From contig NC_086097.1 in assembly GCF_963921235.1 (NCBI RefSeq), forward strand, positions 8,060,001-8,124,000: DNA of 64,000 nucleotides, written 5' to 3'. Made by a program: the position numbers and the translations under genes. Every line of letters begins with the position of its first letter. Position 1 is the first letter of the stretch. Under the pieces are notes generated by a model. That model ran no database searches and was not told the origin of the DNA. It was given only the letters and a program-made list of their open reading frames with translations. Origin of the DNA: Mobula hypostoma (taxonomy: Eukaryota). Of this stretch, positions 12,767-26,179 are shown in pieces.

Positions 12767-13194
12767 ATGTACAGTCAGATAACCCCAAAAAATTGAACTT
12801 GAACTTGAGCTTGAATTTGAAATCTCACAGCTGCTGCAGCAGGATTTGAACCCAGGTCTCTGGATTGTTAATCCTGGCATCTCAATTACTTGTCAAGTAA
12901 CTTACTTCCTGTGCTCCACATCATTCTCACCAGCATCTCCTGTTCTGTTTAGAACCTACATTGCCAAATTGTCCGTGTTTGATGCAGTGTTACATATATT
13001 GTATATTCTGTTCTCAACTTTTGACATCTCAATGCAGTATTAAAGAGATGATGTCTGTTTGAGGTGGAGTCACAACAACTAACATCCAGTACAGTATGGG
13101 ATGGCCATAGCCATTGAATGAGCAATAAATCTCTGTAATATGAAACTGTAATAGATGCTATTTCAGGTCATGGCATTCTGGAGACTGGAGCTCC

Positions 13195-13410
13195 TTTGTA
13201 AGGCATGTCTGTACATCCATCTTGGGGAATATCTGGGTTTTTCCCTGGTGCTCTGGTTTCTCCCAACAATCCATAGACATACCAGTTCGGTCAATTGGTC
13301 ATTGTAGATTGTCCTGTGATTATGTGAGGGTTATCAGGGTGTGCAGAGAGGTGCGGCTCAAAAAGCCATAGGGCCCCTGTGCCTGTATCATAAAGTAAAA
13401 ACAAATAAAT
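13195..13410 (+). mobile_element. HE1/V-SINE-like SINE fragment
   Basis: GGGTTTTTCCCTGGTGCTCTGGTTTCTCCC..AATTGGTCATTGTA. Confidence 0.75.
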
Positions 13411-13731
13411 ATTAGCAAGCGATAACTTCTCAACTTGGAAATAGTACCAATGAATCTTACATGACAATGCAGATTAGATATGTGAATGTCATATCAAAGA
13501 GATTATGTCGTTCTCCTTTTTCCAGTTCATGGATAAAGCTGTCCATTTTACTACTGATATTAATTTTTAAGCGGAGAATTGTTTCACATATCTTGGCTAT
13601 TAAGCAGAAATACCAGCCTACATAATTCAACAAACTTTGAAAATGAATTTGCAAGCAAGGTAGGAGCTGATAACTCAACAGTGTTGAGTATAGTTCTCAA
13701 GTTCAAATTTGTTATCATCTGACTGTACATA

Positions 13732-16228
13732 CAGTGCCTATAAGAAGTATTCACCCCTCCCCCCGGAAGTTTTCATGTTTTATTGTTTTATAACATTGAA
13801 TCACAGTGAATTTAATTTGACTTTTTTCAAGATTCAAGATTCAAAAAACTTTATTGTCATTCTAACCGTACATTAGCTCTGCAGGGCAGAATGAGACAGC
13901 ATTTCCCAGGAGCAGTGCAATCATAACATAACAAACAATATATTGATTTTGACAATCAATATATAATTTTGTTAATGACATAACAATTGTCGGCCGTATC
14001 TCAGGTAATGATGAGTTTTAGTACGGAGAGGATATTAAGAACCTGGTGGCATGGTGCGAAGATAATAACCTATCCCTCAACGTCAGCAAGATGAAGGAAT
14101 TGGTTGTTGACTTCAGAAGGAGTAGCGGACCACATGACCCAATTTACATTGATGGTGCGCAAGTGGAACAGGTTAAAAGCTTTAAGTTCCCCGGGGTCAA
14201 TATAACAAATGACCTGACTTGGTCCAACAAAGCAGAGTTCACTGCCAAGAAGGCCCACCAGCACCTTTACTTCCTGAGAAAACTGAAGAAATTTGGCCTG
14301 TCCTCTAAAACCCTCACTAATTTTTATAGATGCACCGTAGAAAGCATTCTTCTAGGGTGCATCAGAACCTGGTATGGAAGTTGTCCTGTCCAAGACCGAA
14401 AGAAGCTGCACAAGATCATGAACACGGTGCAGCACATCACACAAACCAATCTTCCGTCCTTGGACTCACTTTACACCGCACGCTGTCGGAGCAGTGCTGC
14501 CAGGATAATCAAGGACACGACCCACCCAGCCAACACACTTTTCGTCCCTCTTCCCTCTGGAAGAAGGCTCAGGAGCTTGAAGACTCATACGGCCAGATTT
14601 GGGAACAGCTTCCTTCCAACTGTGATAAGACTGCTGAACGGATCCTGACCCAGATCTGGGCCGTACCCTCCAAATATCCAGACCTGCCTCTTGGTTTTTT
14701 TGCACTACCTTACTTTCCATTTTTCTATTTTCTATTTATGACTTATAATTTAAGTTTTTAATATTTACTAACTTTTACTATTTTTAATATTTAATATTTG
14801 TAATCCAGGGAGTGGGAAGCACAGAATCAGATATCGCTGTGATGATTGTACATTCTAGAATCAATTGTTTGGCGACAATAAAGTATAAACTATCAATAAA
14901 AAAGGCTCTTTCATGTCAAAGTGAAAACAGATCTCCACAAAGCGATCTAAATTAATTACAAATATAAAACACAAAATAATTGATTGTATAAGTATTCACC
15001 CCCTTTAATATGACACACCAAATCATCACTTGTGCAGCCCAATTGGTTTTAGAAGTCACATAATTAGTTAAATAGGCTGTTTTTGGTGACCTGTGTGCAG
15101 TCAAGGTGTTTCAATTAATTGTAGTAAAAATGCACCTGTATCTGGAAGATCCAACTCCTGGTGAATCAATATCCTAGCAAAAATTACACCAGGAAGACAA
15201 AGCAACACTCCAAACAACTCTGTGAAAATGTTATTGAAAAGCACAAGTCAGGAAATGGATGCAAGAAAATTTACAGGTCACTGAAGTCACTTGAGTACAG
15301 TTAAGACAATCATCAGAAATGAAAAGAATACGGCACAGCTGTAAATCTGCCCAGAGCAGCTTATCCTCAAAAAACTGAGAGACTGTGCAGGAAGAGGTTT
15401 GGAGTAGGAGACTACCAGGAGACCCACGACATCTGTGGAGGACTTACAAGCTTCAGTCGCTGAGAAGGGAGGGACTGTGCATACAGCAACTGTTGCTCGG
15501 GTGCTTTACCATCACAGCTTTATGGGAGAGTGGCAAAGAAAAAGCCACTGTTGAAAAAAACTCACAAGAAATCTTGGCCAGAGTTTGCCAGAAGGCATGT
15601 GGGAGACTCTGAAGTCAGCTAGAAGAAGATTCTATGGTCTTATGAAACCAAAACTAAGCTTTTTGTCCATCAGACCAAACGTCGTACATCAAAAACAGAC
15701 CATCCCTACTGTGAAGCATGGTGGTGGCTACGTCATGCTGCGGGGATGCTTCATTACAGAAGGCCCTAGAAGGCTTGTAAAGGTAGAGAGTAAAATAAAT
15801 GCAGAAAAATACAAGGAAATCTTGGAGGAAGATTTGATGCAGTATACAAGAGAACTGCAGCTTGGGAGAAAATTTGCTTTCCAGCAACACAATGACCCCA
15901 AACATAAAGCCAAAGCTACACGGGAATGGCTTAAAAACAACAGCGTTAATATCCTGGAGTGGCCAAGTCAGAGTCCAGACCCCAATCCAATTGAGAATTT
16001 AGAGACCTATCCACACAGACTCAAGGCTGTAATTACTGCCAAAGTTGCATCTATTAAATACTGACTTGAAGGGGTGAATACTTATGCAATCAATTATTTT
16101 GTGTTTTATATTCGTAACTAATTTAAATCACATTGTTTAAGCCAAATTAAATCCACTGTGATTCAATATCGTAAAACAGTAAAACATGAAAACTTCCAAG
16201 GGGGAGTAAATACTTTTTATAGGCACTG
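13732..16228 (+). mobile_element. Tc1-like DNA transposon with long IR/DR TIRs and TA TSD; decayed transposase at about 15191-16064
   Basis: TA|CAGTGCCTATAA..TTATAGGCACTG|TA; PTVKHGGG, FQQHNDPKH, WPSQSPDPNPIENL; AAGTATTCACCCC direct repeats. Confidence 0.95.
13970..14890 (+). mobile_element. Rex1/Babar-type LINE 3' part inserted in the left Tc1 TIR
   Basis: ORF 14046..14648 WCEDNNLSLNVSK..KKAHQHLYFLRKL..FYRCTVESIL. Confidence 0.9.
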
Positions 16229-16944
16229 TACATCTAATTAAATGATACAACATTCCTCCGGACTACGGGGCACCCACCAAACATACATCATGCACAGCAA
16301 AGAAAACAAAGTATTATCACAAATAAGTTAATAAAATATAATTCAAAGTGAATGAAGTGGCAGCATAGGTAAACCGTAAACAGCTCACTGTCCTCGTGAT
16401 GAGACCTCAAGTGGTGGTAGAGGATTCATTAGTTTCATAGCCCGAGGGAAGAAGCTGTTGCCCACTCTGGCAGTCCTAGTCCTGATGCTTCTGTAACTCA
16501 TTCCTGAAAGTAGTGGGTCAAAGAGATTTTGAGATGGGTGGTAGGGATCCTCAATAGTGTTTGGGGTCCTTCATCTCCCTGTGGTAAATGTCACAACTGG
16601 GAGGAGGAAGGCCCTGCTGATACCAGAGTAGATCTTTGATGATTGATCAGAAATTGTGGTGCCATAGATAGTGCTGATGGTTTTTGCTACTGAACTTTGA
16701 TGCTGTTACATAGAAGCATCTCAGCCAAGAGGGTAAAACTGAAGAGCTGAATAATGCTACACCTTGGCTTGCCAAAGGCACTTGAGTGTTTTGGACTATC
16801 GGTCACTTGCTGTGTGTAAATATGGGATTTTTTTTTAAAATAAAGCCGTACTGCATACATTGTAAATATCAGTTTTGCACAGACTGGAGTAGCACCACAA
16901 TCTCATTGTCTTGAGCAAGGGCAATAAAGCTCTCTTCTATTTCG

Positions 16945-18208
16945 TTGCCACCTGGCCCTAACCCACCTGGACAAAAATGACACATACGTTCGAATGCTGT
17001 TCATAGACTTCAGTTCAGCATTCAACACAATCATTCCTCAGAAACTGATTGGAAAGCTGAGCCTACTGGGCCTGAACACCTCCCTCTGCAAATGGATCCT
17101 GGACTTCCTGACTGGGAGACCTCAGTCAGTCCGGATTGGAAGCAGCATCTCCACCACCATCACACTGAGCACGGGGGCCCCCCAGGGCTGTGTGCTCAGT
17201 CCACTGCTGTTCACTCTGCTGACCCACGACTGTGCTGCAACACACAGCTCGAACCACATCATCAAGTTCGCCGATGACACGACCGTGGTGGGTCTCATCT
17301 GCAAGAACGATGAGTCAGCATACAGGGAGGGGGTGCAGCGACTAACGGACTGGTGCAGAACCAACAGCCTGTCTCTGAATGTGAACAAAACAAAAGAGAT
17401 GGTTGTTGACTTCAGGAGGACACAGAGCGACCACTCTCCGTTGAGCATCGACAACTCCTCCATAGAGATTTCTTGCTGTTCACCTGGTGGAAAATCTCAC
17501 CTGGTCCCTCAACACCAGCTCCATAGCAAAGAAAGCCCAGCCACGTCTCTACTTTCTGCGAAGGCTGAGAAAGGTCTATCTCCCACCCCCCCCCCCCATC
17601 CTCACCACATTCTGCAGAGGTTGTATTGAGAGCATCCTGAGCAGCTGCATCACTGCCTGGTTCAGAAATTGCACCATCTCGGATCGCAAGCCCCTGCAGC
17701 GGATAATGAGGTCAGCTGAGAAGATCATCGAGCTCTCTCTTCCCGCCGTTACAGACATTTACACCACACGCTGCATCCATAAAGCAAACAGCATTATGAA
17801 GGACCCATGCACCCCTCATACAATCTCTTCTCCCTGCTGCCATCTGGCAAAAGGCACCAAAGTATTCAGGCTCTCACGACCAGACTATGTAACAGTTTCT
17901 TCCCCCAAGCCATCAGTCTCCTCAATACCCAGAGCCTGGACTGACACCAACCTACTGCCCTCTACTGTGCCTATTGTCTTCTTTATTATTTATTGTAATG
18001 CCTGCACTGTTTTGTGCACTTTATGCAGTCCTGGGTAGGTCTGTAGTCTAGTGTAGTTTTTGTGTTGTTTTTACATAGTTCAGTGTAGTTTTTGTATTGT
18101 TTCATGTAGCACCATGGTCCTGAAAAATGTTGTCTCGTTTTTACTGTGTACTGTACCAGCAGTTATGGTCGAAATGTCAATAAAAAGTGACTTGAGCTGA
18201 CTTGACTT
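16945..18208 (+). mobile_element. Rex1/Babar-type LINE, RT plus C-terminus, frameshifted
   Basis: [35 protein letters not shown]-type tail. Confidence 0.93.
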
Positions 18209-18354
18209 GTGGAGTTTGCATGTTCTCCCTATGAGCACTTCGAGTTGTCTCCAACATTCTACAACTGTGGTAGTTGGTAGTTTAATTGGTTACAATAAGT
18301 ACCTCATGTGTAGGTGGCTATTGGAAGGATGAGTGTTGGCTTGCACATGGGAGG

Positions 18355-18655
18355 GGGTACAGTTGCCTAGTGTCTAGTGTGACTCTATTATAACTCAGGG
18401 TGTTGGAGTCCAAAGTTCAATGCTGGCATCGTCTCTAAGGAACTTTTATATCCTCCCTTTGTGTACATGGGTTTCCTCAGGATGCACTCATTTCCTCCCA
18501 CAGTCCTGGGACATAACGGTCAGTAGATTAATTGGTCTTTGTAAGTTGTCTTGTTATTAGGCTAGTGTTACATTGATGTATTGTCGGGCTGGAAGGGTCT
18601 GTTCCATGCTGTATCTGTAAATAAAATTAAAAATAAATAAATAAATAAATAAATA
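18355..18655 (+). mobile_element. HE1/V-SINE-like SINE
   Basis: GGGTTTCCTCAGGATGCAC..TTTCCTCCCACAGTCC; (AAAT)n tail. Confidence 0.75.
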
Positions 18656-19627
18656 AAGTGTGAAAGAGGATAGGCTACATGGAAATAAATCAGGTAATGG
18701 AATTAAGGAGATTGCTTTGAGAACTGCCATATACTCAGTGGTACAAATGGTATCCATCTAGGTCATAAGGAAATATGAAAGAGGAAATATACGCAACATC
18801 CATCTGCTTTAACACCCACTCGTTTTTAAATTATCTTCAAGGCTTCACATTGCCTGGTAGTGTGAACAGTGAATTAATGTTATCTTCAAACCCCACTTTA
18901 GATGTTGTTGCAATATTTGGCAGACTATTTGCTTCCTTACGAAGAGTTAAAAGAATGTTTCATTTGCAATTCACATTTGCTTTGTTCTTTCAACTTCAAG
19001 ATTCACTTCCTGTCAAAGAATGTATAAATTATACAACCTTGAGATTTGCTTGGTTACCAGGAGTCCCCAAGCAAGAGACCCGAAAGAACCCAATTCAAAA
19101 ACAAAAAAAAATGAAAATAAAAATAAGACCAACACTCAATAATGCTCAAGATAAGAAAAAAATAAAAATCATACACACAGTTGAAGTGAACAACAATTAA
19201 GCTTGATTGTTTAATTAATGAAGGATTACATTTAATTGATTGTCTAGTTCTTGAGACTTTGGGACAGAATCCAGACTAACATAGACTCATAGAGTTGTAG
19301 AGTCACAGAAAAGTACAGCACAGAAAGAGACCCTTTGGCCCATCTACCCTGTGCCAGACCATTGAAACTACCTCCTCCCATTGACCTGCACCGGGACCAT
19401 AGTCATAGAGTCATAAAGATGTACAGCAAGGAAAGTGACCTTTCAGTCCAACTTGTGCAATTAGTCGGGTGTCTCTGCAGGTTAGTTCTATGTGCCTGTG
19501 TTTAGCCGAATCCCTTTAGATCAGGTGTCCACGGACTGCTCAGTTAATGCTAGGTGTCCATGTATTTAAATTTTTTATCCATGGACCTGTCTTTTAAATA
19601 CTGTAATTGTATCCAGATCTGCAGCTT

Positions 19628-19970
19628 TAGAAACATAGAAACATAGAAAACCTACATCACAATACAGGCCTTTCGGCCTACAAGGCTGTGCCAAACATGT
19701 CCTTACCTTAGAAATTACCTAGGATTACCCATTATTTTTCTAAGCTCCATGTACCTATCCAGGAATCTCCTAAAAGACCCTAATGTATCTGCCTCCACCA
19801 CTGTTGCCGGCAGCCCATTCCATGCACTCACCACTCTGCGTAAAAAACTTACCCCTGACATCTCCTCTGTACCTACTTCCAAGCACCTTAAAACAGTGCC
19901 CTCTTGTGCTCGCCATCTCAGCCCTGGGAAAAAGCCTCTGACTATCCACACAATCAATGCTTCTCATCAT
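19628..19970 (-). mobile_element. CR1 3' end
   Basis: DSQRLFPRAE..TRGHCFKV; (CTATGTTT)n tail. Confidence 0.9.
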
Positions 19971-19996
19971 TTCTCTGGCAACTCATTCCATGTGGT

Positions 19997-20214
19997 ATCA
20001 CAAACAGCAGAAAATCTGCAGATGCTGGAAATCCAAAACAACACACACAAAATGCTGCAAGAACTCAGCAAGCCATGCAGCATCTATGGAAAAGAATACA
20101 GTTGACGTTTCAGGCTGAGATGGAGGGTCTCGTCCCGAAACACCGACTGTATACTCTTTTCCATAGATGCTGCATGGCCTGCTGATTTCCTCCAGCATTC
20201 TGTGTGTTTTGCTT
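19997..20214. mobile_element. Head-to-head inverted pair of Penelope terminal repeats
   Basis: Arms about 20041-20120 and 20121-20211; TSD ATTCCAT(G/A)TGGT at 19985 and 20215. Confidence 0.85.
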
Positions 20215-20994
20215 ATTCCATATGGTCATTGTGGGAAAATATTCCCCTCAGATTCTTTATAAATCTTTCCCCTCTCATATTAAATCTCTGTCCTCTGGTT
20301 TTAGGCTCCATTGTAGGCCTCCATAGTTCAGGGTCAAGCATGGATGTTGTGTCCTAGCTGTCTGGACATGAAGAGCATGTTATAAAGACTCCACTACCCT
20401 GGGAAAAAGACTGTGACTACCTACCTTCACTGTCCCTTCTTATAACTCAAGCCCTCTTGTCCAGTTATCCTCTCTGCACCCTTCCCAGCTTAATGACAGT
20501 CTTCCTGTCGCTGGGCAACAAGAACTACATACAGTACCTCAGTTGTGGTCTCTACATTGACTTACATCCTTTCATAGATAAGGGGGCCAAATTAAATTAA
20601 ATAATTAGTGCAAAAAGAAGAGTGGTTTAATGTCTAAATATTTCCCCTTTGTAGATGGAATATAGCTATCCACGTTTCATAGAGAACTATTGTCCTATGG
20701 GTGCACCACAGAACACAGGCCTCTAATACAAATGTTTGTATATTGGCAGCATGATACATGATTTTATCTGTAATGCAACAATGGTGTTGCAAACTTTTGG
20801 CAAAAGTGCTGTTGCTGTTACTTGCTGGGGCAACTTCAACACTCTTTGTGGCTGTTAAGTGAAAAGACTTTTAGTTGTCTCCAAGAACCGCAATGGACAA
20901 ACTGGCTAGAACACAGACAAAATCGAGAGAACGTCGACACAAGAGATTGTGCAAATGCTGGAAGTCCAGAGAAGCGCAAAAATACTGGAGGAAG

Positions 20995-21276
20995 AGTAGC
21001 GTAGTGTTTAGTGTAACGCTTTGTAGTGCCAGGCTTAATTCCTGCTGCTGTCTGTAAGGAATCTGTACATTCTCCCCATGACCACGTGGGTTTCCTCTGG
21101 GTGCTTTGGTTTCCTCCAGCAGTTCAAAGGGATGAACCGATTGGTAGGTTAATTGGTCATTGTAAGTTGTCCTGTGATTAGGCTAGGGTTTAAGCAGGTC
21201 TTGCTGGGAGTCACAGCTTGAAGGGGCAGTAGGGCCTGCTCAGCACTATTTCTCAATCAATAAATAAATAAATAAA
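20995..21276 (+). mobile_element. HE1/V-SINE-like tRNA-derived SINE
   Basis: GTAGCGTAGTGTTTAG head, conserved central domain, (AAAT)n tail. Confidence 0.85.
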
Positions 21277-21610
21277 CTCAGCAGGGGATTGACGTTACAG
21301 TTTTCAAGACCTTGGTTACACTTACTGAAATAACACATGGAGTAGACACCCTTATCATGAAAGGAATATAGCGCACAGCAAGCATCCATGAGACCAATGT
21401 AATGGTGACCAGATGATTGTTTTTGTAAATGAGGCTGACTAAGGGATAAATATTGATAATAATTTTAAAGAATTTCCCCTCTCCTACTGCTTTCCCATGC
21501 AACTCTAGGAAGCGCATTCCTTGTCCCTACACCTTCTCCCACCCTCCCCACCACCCACAAACTAAACAACCCTTCAGGGTGAGGCTGAGATTTAGGTACC
21601 TCCTCCACCC

Positions 21611-21883
21611 AAAATGCTAGAGGAACTCAGCAGGTCAGGCAGCATCTATAGCAGCCTTTTTTCTGCCATGGACCAATACTATTCAGCAAGGGGTCGGTGG
21701 GCCCCAGGTTGGAAACCCCTGATCTATAGAGAGGAACAAAGTCGATGTTTCGGGATGAGACTCTTCACTAGTAGCGACAAAGGGTCAGCCCAAAATATCA
21801 ACTCTTTATTGTTCACTCTTTATGCATTTCCATAGATGCTGTCTGACCTACTGAGTTCTTTCAGTATTTTGTGTGTGTTACTC
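21611..21883. mobile_element. Older inverted pair of Penelope terminal repeats
   Basis: AAAATGCTAGAGGAACTCAGCAGGTCAGGCAGCATCTAT and its inverse ATAGATGCTGTCTGACCTACTGAGTTCTTTCAGTATTTT. Confidence 0.75.
21652..21721. mobile_element. 70-bp hAT-type MITE with 8-bp TSD
   Basis: ATCTATAG at 21644-21651 and 21722-21729; right end GGTTGGAAACCCCTG; left TIR partly deleted. Confidence 0.75.
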
Positions 21884-22492
21884 TACAATAGAGACAATTC
21901 AACATTGAAGGTAATAATTCACCAAAAAAAGCCTAATCACAGTACAATTTACAATGAGCAAGAGTGAATGGGTGATTTATGAATTTTCCCTGTAAGACAA
22001 TTGAATCTTCAGGGTTTTTCTTTGATTTACAAAGCTATATTTCACAAAACAAATATGATTCCAGCCTTTGTGTGGAGGAATGCACTGAAATACTTGTAAT
22101 ACATTTTACCCAGACCTTTTTATGTATTTCCGCCAGGAACACGCCAGTATCATGGTCTGAGGATTGACTGTAACCATGCTTGCCCCAGTGGGTACATTGC
22201 TGTTGACTTCTAGGGAAAGAGAACTACAGGAGCTTTTATTCAAATGATTCATGAGTTCTTCAAACGTTTATTTCAAGATGGTAATGATAAAATGTTTCAC
22301 ACAAGAGACTGTGGATGAGGAAATCTGCAGCTAAAAACAAGCAGACGCTTCATCTGGACTACTTTCATGATAGTCTTTAACATGAATATTTCATTCATTT
22401 AATCACATGCTCTGTAAGGGTGAATATTCGCTGAAGTTAAAGAGTTATAGTAAGTGTAAGGACCAGAAAGTACAGTCTCAGAATAGACGGAC

Positions 22493-22781
22493 TGTAGCGG
22501 TATGCTACACACAGCGCTAAAATAACCACACGTAGTCGGTGAGCTAGAATTGCGATGAAAAAGGTTTATTCAAACTTCGCGGCCTGCTTTAAAGCCTTCC
22601 CGTTCCCGCCCTCCCTGGGCGGGACTGCTGTGGGGAAAGCCTATTCCCAGACCCTTTCCGCGCGCGGGATTTTCCCCCCTGCTGGTGAAGATGGCCCGGC
22701 GCCATTTTTGGGGCCGGCCTCTCTGCCTGCGCGCGCTGTTTCGTGAGCCGGTTCGTGTGTGCTAGAAAGTGGGTCGCCACA
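22493..22781 (-). mobile_element. Solo LTR (Gypsy-type), 289 bp
   Basis: TGTAGCG..CGCCACA ends, 4-bp TSD GGAC, AATAAA on the minus strand, CpG-rich; inserted in a CR1 fragment. Confidence 0.88.
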
Positions 22782-22820
22782 GGACGTCACTTTAAAACAG
22801 AATTGAAGAGGAATTTCGCA

Positions 22821-22960
22821 AACAACAAGAATTCTGCAGATGCTGGAAATTCAAGCAACACACATCAAAGTTGCTGGTGAACACAGCAGGCCAGGCAGCA
22901 TCTCTAGGAAGAGGTACAGTCGACGTTTCAGGCCAAGACCCTTCATCCTGACGAAGGTCT
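22821..22960 (-). mobile_element. Penelope 3' repeat with a short inversion at the hammerhead core
   Basis: ..AGACCCTTCATC|CTGACGAAGGTCT. Confidence 0.8.
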
Positions 22961-25803
22961 ATGGTCTTTGGTATGTTGAGTGATATGATTTGATTAGTTA
23001 TGGAAAATGAACAGTTCGGACGGAAGAAGTAATTGGCTTATGGACACTCCTCAGGAATGGAACTCCTCTGTAGCCCTTGGCTGATTATAATTAACTCCAG
23101 GAACTCTGCAACTGTGAGCTTTAGGCGACAGGCCAGTCAGACGTTTGGCTCGGTGAATCTGTGTGACAACAAGACCTCATAGTGGAATCACAGTAAAGGC
23201 AGAGAGAGGAGAGACTAGTGGGGGTTAGGGGTTGCAAAATCTCTGCTGTCAGCAACAGAAGTGGATAGAAAGAAATCCATTTGGAACTAATGCAGTAACA
23301 GAACAACCTATGAAAAAACTGTTATCTTTTGCAGTATGGCCCGACCTATCCTGGTGGGGTAAATCTAATGAAACCTCACAGGACAACTCAACGCACAGCC
23401 CTGTTGGAAGTCTATGAAATACAGTGATGAACGTGATCAGCAATATTATATGAGCACCACCTGGATCTCATCACCCATGAACCAGCAGTCGTTATACCAT
23501 TTCCATTTTAACCTGTGTCATAAATGCACTTGTTGCTAAATGTCAATCTTCTGGAATATATTTTATTATTTGTTAATTTATTAGTGGTAATATTATAGGA
23601 TTTTATGAATAAAACATCCGACAGTGATTTTATTTGCTTAGCATAACCCACGGCCCTTTGCTTCCATTGCCAACAAACCAAAAACAGCCACCTTATCCTA
23701 ACGTCGTTATGTCAGACGCCATCTCTTAAAGTGAACCCAACAATTCAAAGTCAAAGTACATTTATTGTCGAAGTATGGATACTACGTACAAAATTGAGAT
23801 TTGTTTTCTTACGGCCAGGCACAAAGCAAGGAAACCCAATGGAACCTATTAAAAGAAGACGATCAAACACCCAATGTACTAAAAAAAAAATCAAATTGTG
23901 CGAATACCAAAAGCAAGCAAACAACCGATGTTCATGAAAGTGAGTCTATAGCCACAAAGTCAGGCGTCACTGCCGTCTCAGTACAGCAGAGTGGTGAGTA
24001 AATCTCGCAGAGCAGTGAGCTGAACTGGCCCATCCTTCGCCTTCAGCCTCAACACCCTGACCTTTTCAATCCGGCTCAGTGCTTCAATCATCCAAGCTTC
24101 AGGCTGGCCCTTGCTCTTGGACCCGACTCTCACTTCAATATGTTTTCAGGACTAGGCCCCATTGCCCTGATTGAGCCCAAACCCGCCATTGTACACATTG
24201 CTGCCTAGTCCGCTGAGTTCTTCCAGCACTTTGTGTTTGATAATATATGCCTATTTGTTTTGGAGCCTGGTTTTTATTAATTAGTGACCTAATTGTTGAT
24301 CCTGAACTGGACTTTTTGTCAGTTGGGATAGGTTTTAGATGTTTAGTGTGTTCTAAATTCATGACCTTTGAATCAGAGTTTTCTAATTATTTATTTGGCT
24401 TCCCTATGCAACCTTCCCTTCACCACTAAATAGACTATTTTGGAGAAATTAGGTTGACCTGATTAAAATCCCAACATGGTACTAAATTGCTCCCTTTTTC
24501 TTTATGTTTTTCCCATACCTACTTAATAGACCATCTTTCAATGGTCTATCGAGTTAGTAAGCATCTTAAGTAGGTTAACATATAGTCAATGTTTTAAGAA
24601 CAGCCTCTTTTCCTCTGTCAGCAGATTTCTGAATGGACAATACACTATCTCACTAATTTTTCTTTTTTTTTTGCTCTCATTTTGCGCTATTGGTTTCATT
24701 TTTTTTACATTTTTTTTCTTTTTGCAATTTATAGTTTTTCTTATTATTTATGACTGCTGTTACAAAACAACAAATTTCATGGCATATGCCAATGATTTTA
24801 AACCTGATTCTGAATTCTAGGACTCTTGCTATTTTATCTTCATGAAAAGAGAATAATACTTACAGTAAAGAAATCATCGTACTTTTTCCTGTTCTAATTA
24901 AGATTGATGATTTTATTTGGAAAGAAATGTAAACTGCCTTTTGCTTCCCTTTTCTGGACTTTCATAGAGTGAGTGAAGTACTTCCAGTACATTGTGACAA
25001 CCTAACTTAGGCAGCACCTCTGCCAATATCCACACAGCAAGATCCCATAAACATTGATGCAATGGGGCAATAATAATTGGCTTTACTAATCTTCAAGTTT
25101 AAGTTCAAGTTTATCATCATTCAACCCATATACATATATACCGCCAAATGAAACAAAGTTCTTCTGGACCAAGGTGCACAACTCACAGCACACAACACGT
25201 AAAGTAATATTACCTCAATTAAATTGACAAATAATAAAGTGTATTTCTGACAAAATTTAAAAATAATGATGCTACTGGCACTTCATACATGATAATACCT
25301 GAGTGATTTTCATGCAGTAAAAACAAATATGTTACAAATGATAAAAGATATTCTGGAAGATTGATATTTACCAGAAGGTACATTTACAACTCATCTTCAA
25401 AAAGTGATCAGTCTCACGAAACTGGAGCTTCATACAAGGTGAGACCCATGTTGTGACAGGGAGCTCAGTAGTCTTACGGCCTTGAGGGAAATAGCTGTTT
25501 CCCATCCTACCTTGGCCTAATGCTACAGTACCTCCTGCCTGATCTTTAGTAAGAAATAAACATTGGCTCAGTTACAGGGCAGAATTTCACTGCTTCTTTT
25601 TTCAAGTCAATGCTGTGAGATCCTTGATGTTGATTGTAAAGAATGGATTAGGTTGTGATTTAACAGTTCACCTGAAAGATGATATGCCTGATAACGCAGC
25701 ATTCCCTGACTATCCACAAAGTACAACACAACAAATATTGGAATTGGTTTATTATTGTCTCATATAGAGTACTAAAATACAGTATATATACCGAGCTTTA
25801 TGT

Positions 25804-26092
25804 TGGCATGTGGCCAAGTGGTTAAGGCATTTGTCTAGTGATCTGAAGATCGCTAGTTCGAGCCTTGGCTGAGGCAACGTGTTGTGCACTTGAGCAAGGC
25901 ACTTAACCACACATTGCTCTGCGACGACACTGGTACCCTTCCATTGGACAACATCGGTGGCGTGGAGAGAGGATACTTGTAGCATGGGCAACTGCTGGTC
26001 TTCTATACAACCTTGCCCAGGCCTGCACCCTGGAAACCTTCCAAGGCACAAATCCATGGTCTCATGAGACTAACGGATGCCTATCATAAATA
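25804..26092 (+). mobile_element. tRNA-derived SINE with CORE-like middle and RTE-type tail shared with HDV-headed family 1
   Basis: A box TGGCCAAGTGG at 25811, B box GTTCGAGCC at 25856; TSD AC(C/T)GAGCTTTATGT at 25790 and 26093. Confidence 0.88.
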
Positions 26093-26179
26093 ACTGAGCT
26101 TTATGTCAGCTTATATGTTTAAAAATCTATCTTCACAATAATTAGCATGGAAGTTGAAGATGAAGAGAAATTACAGAGC

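Noticed and set aside
25804..25870. tRNA gene (also 33555-33627)
   Set aside because: A and B boxes belong to SINE heads; no full cloverleaf, and the 25804 copy has a TSD and a retro-tail
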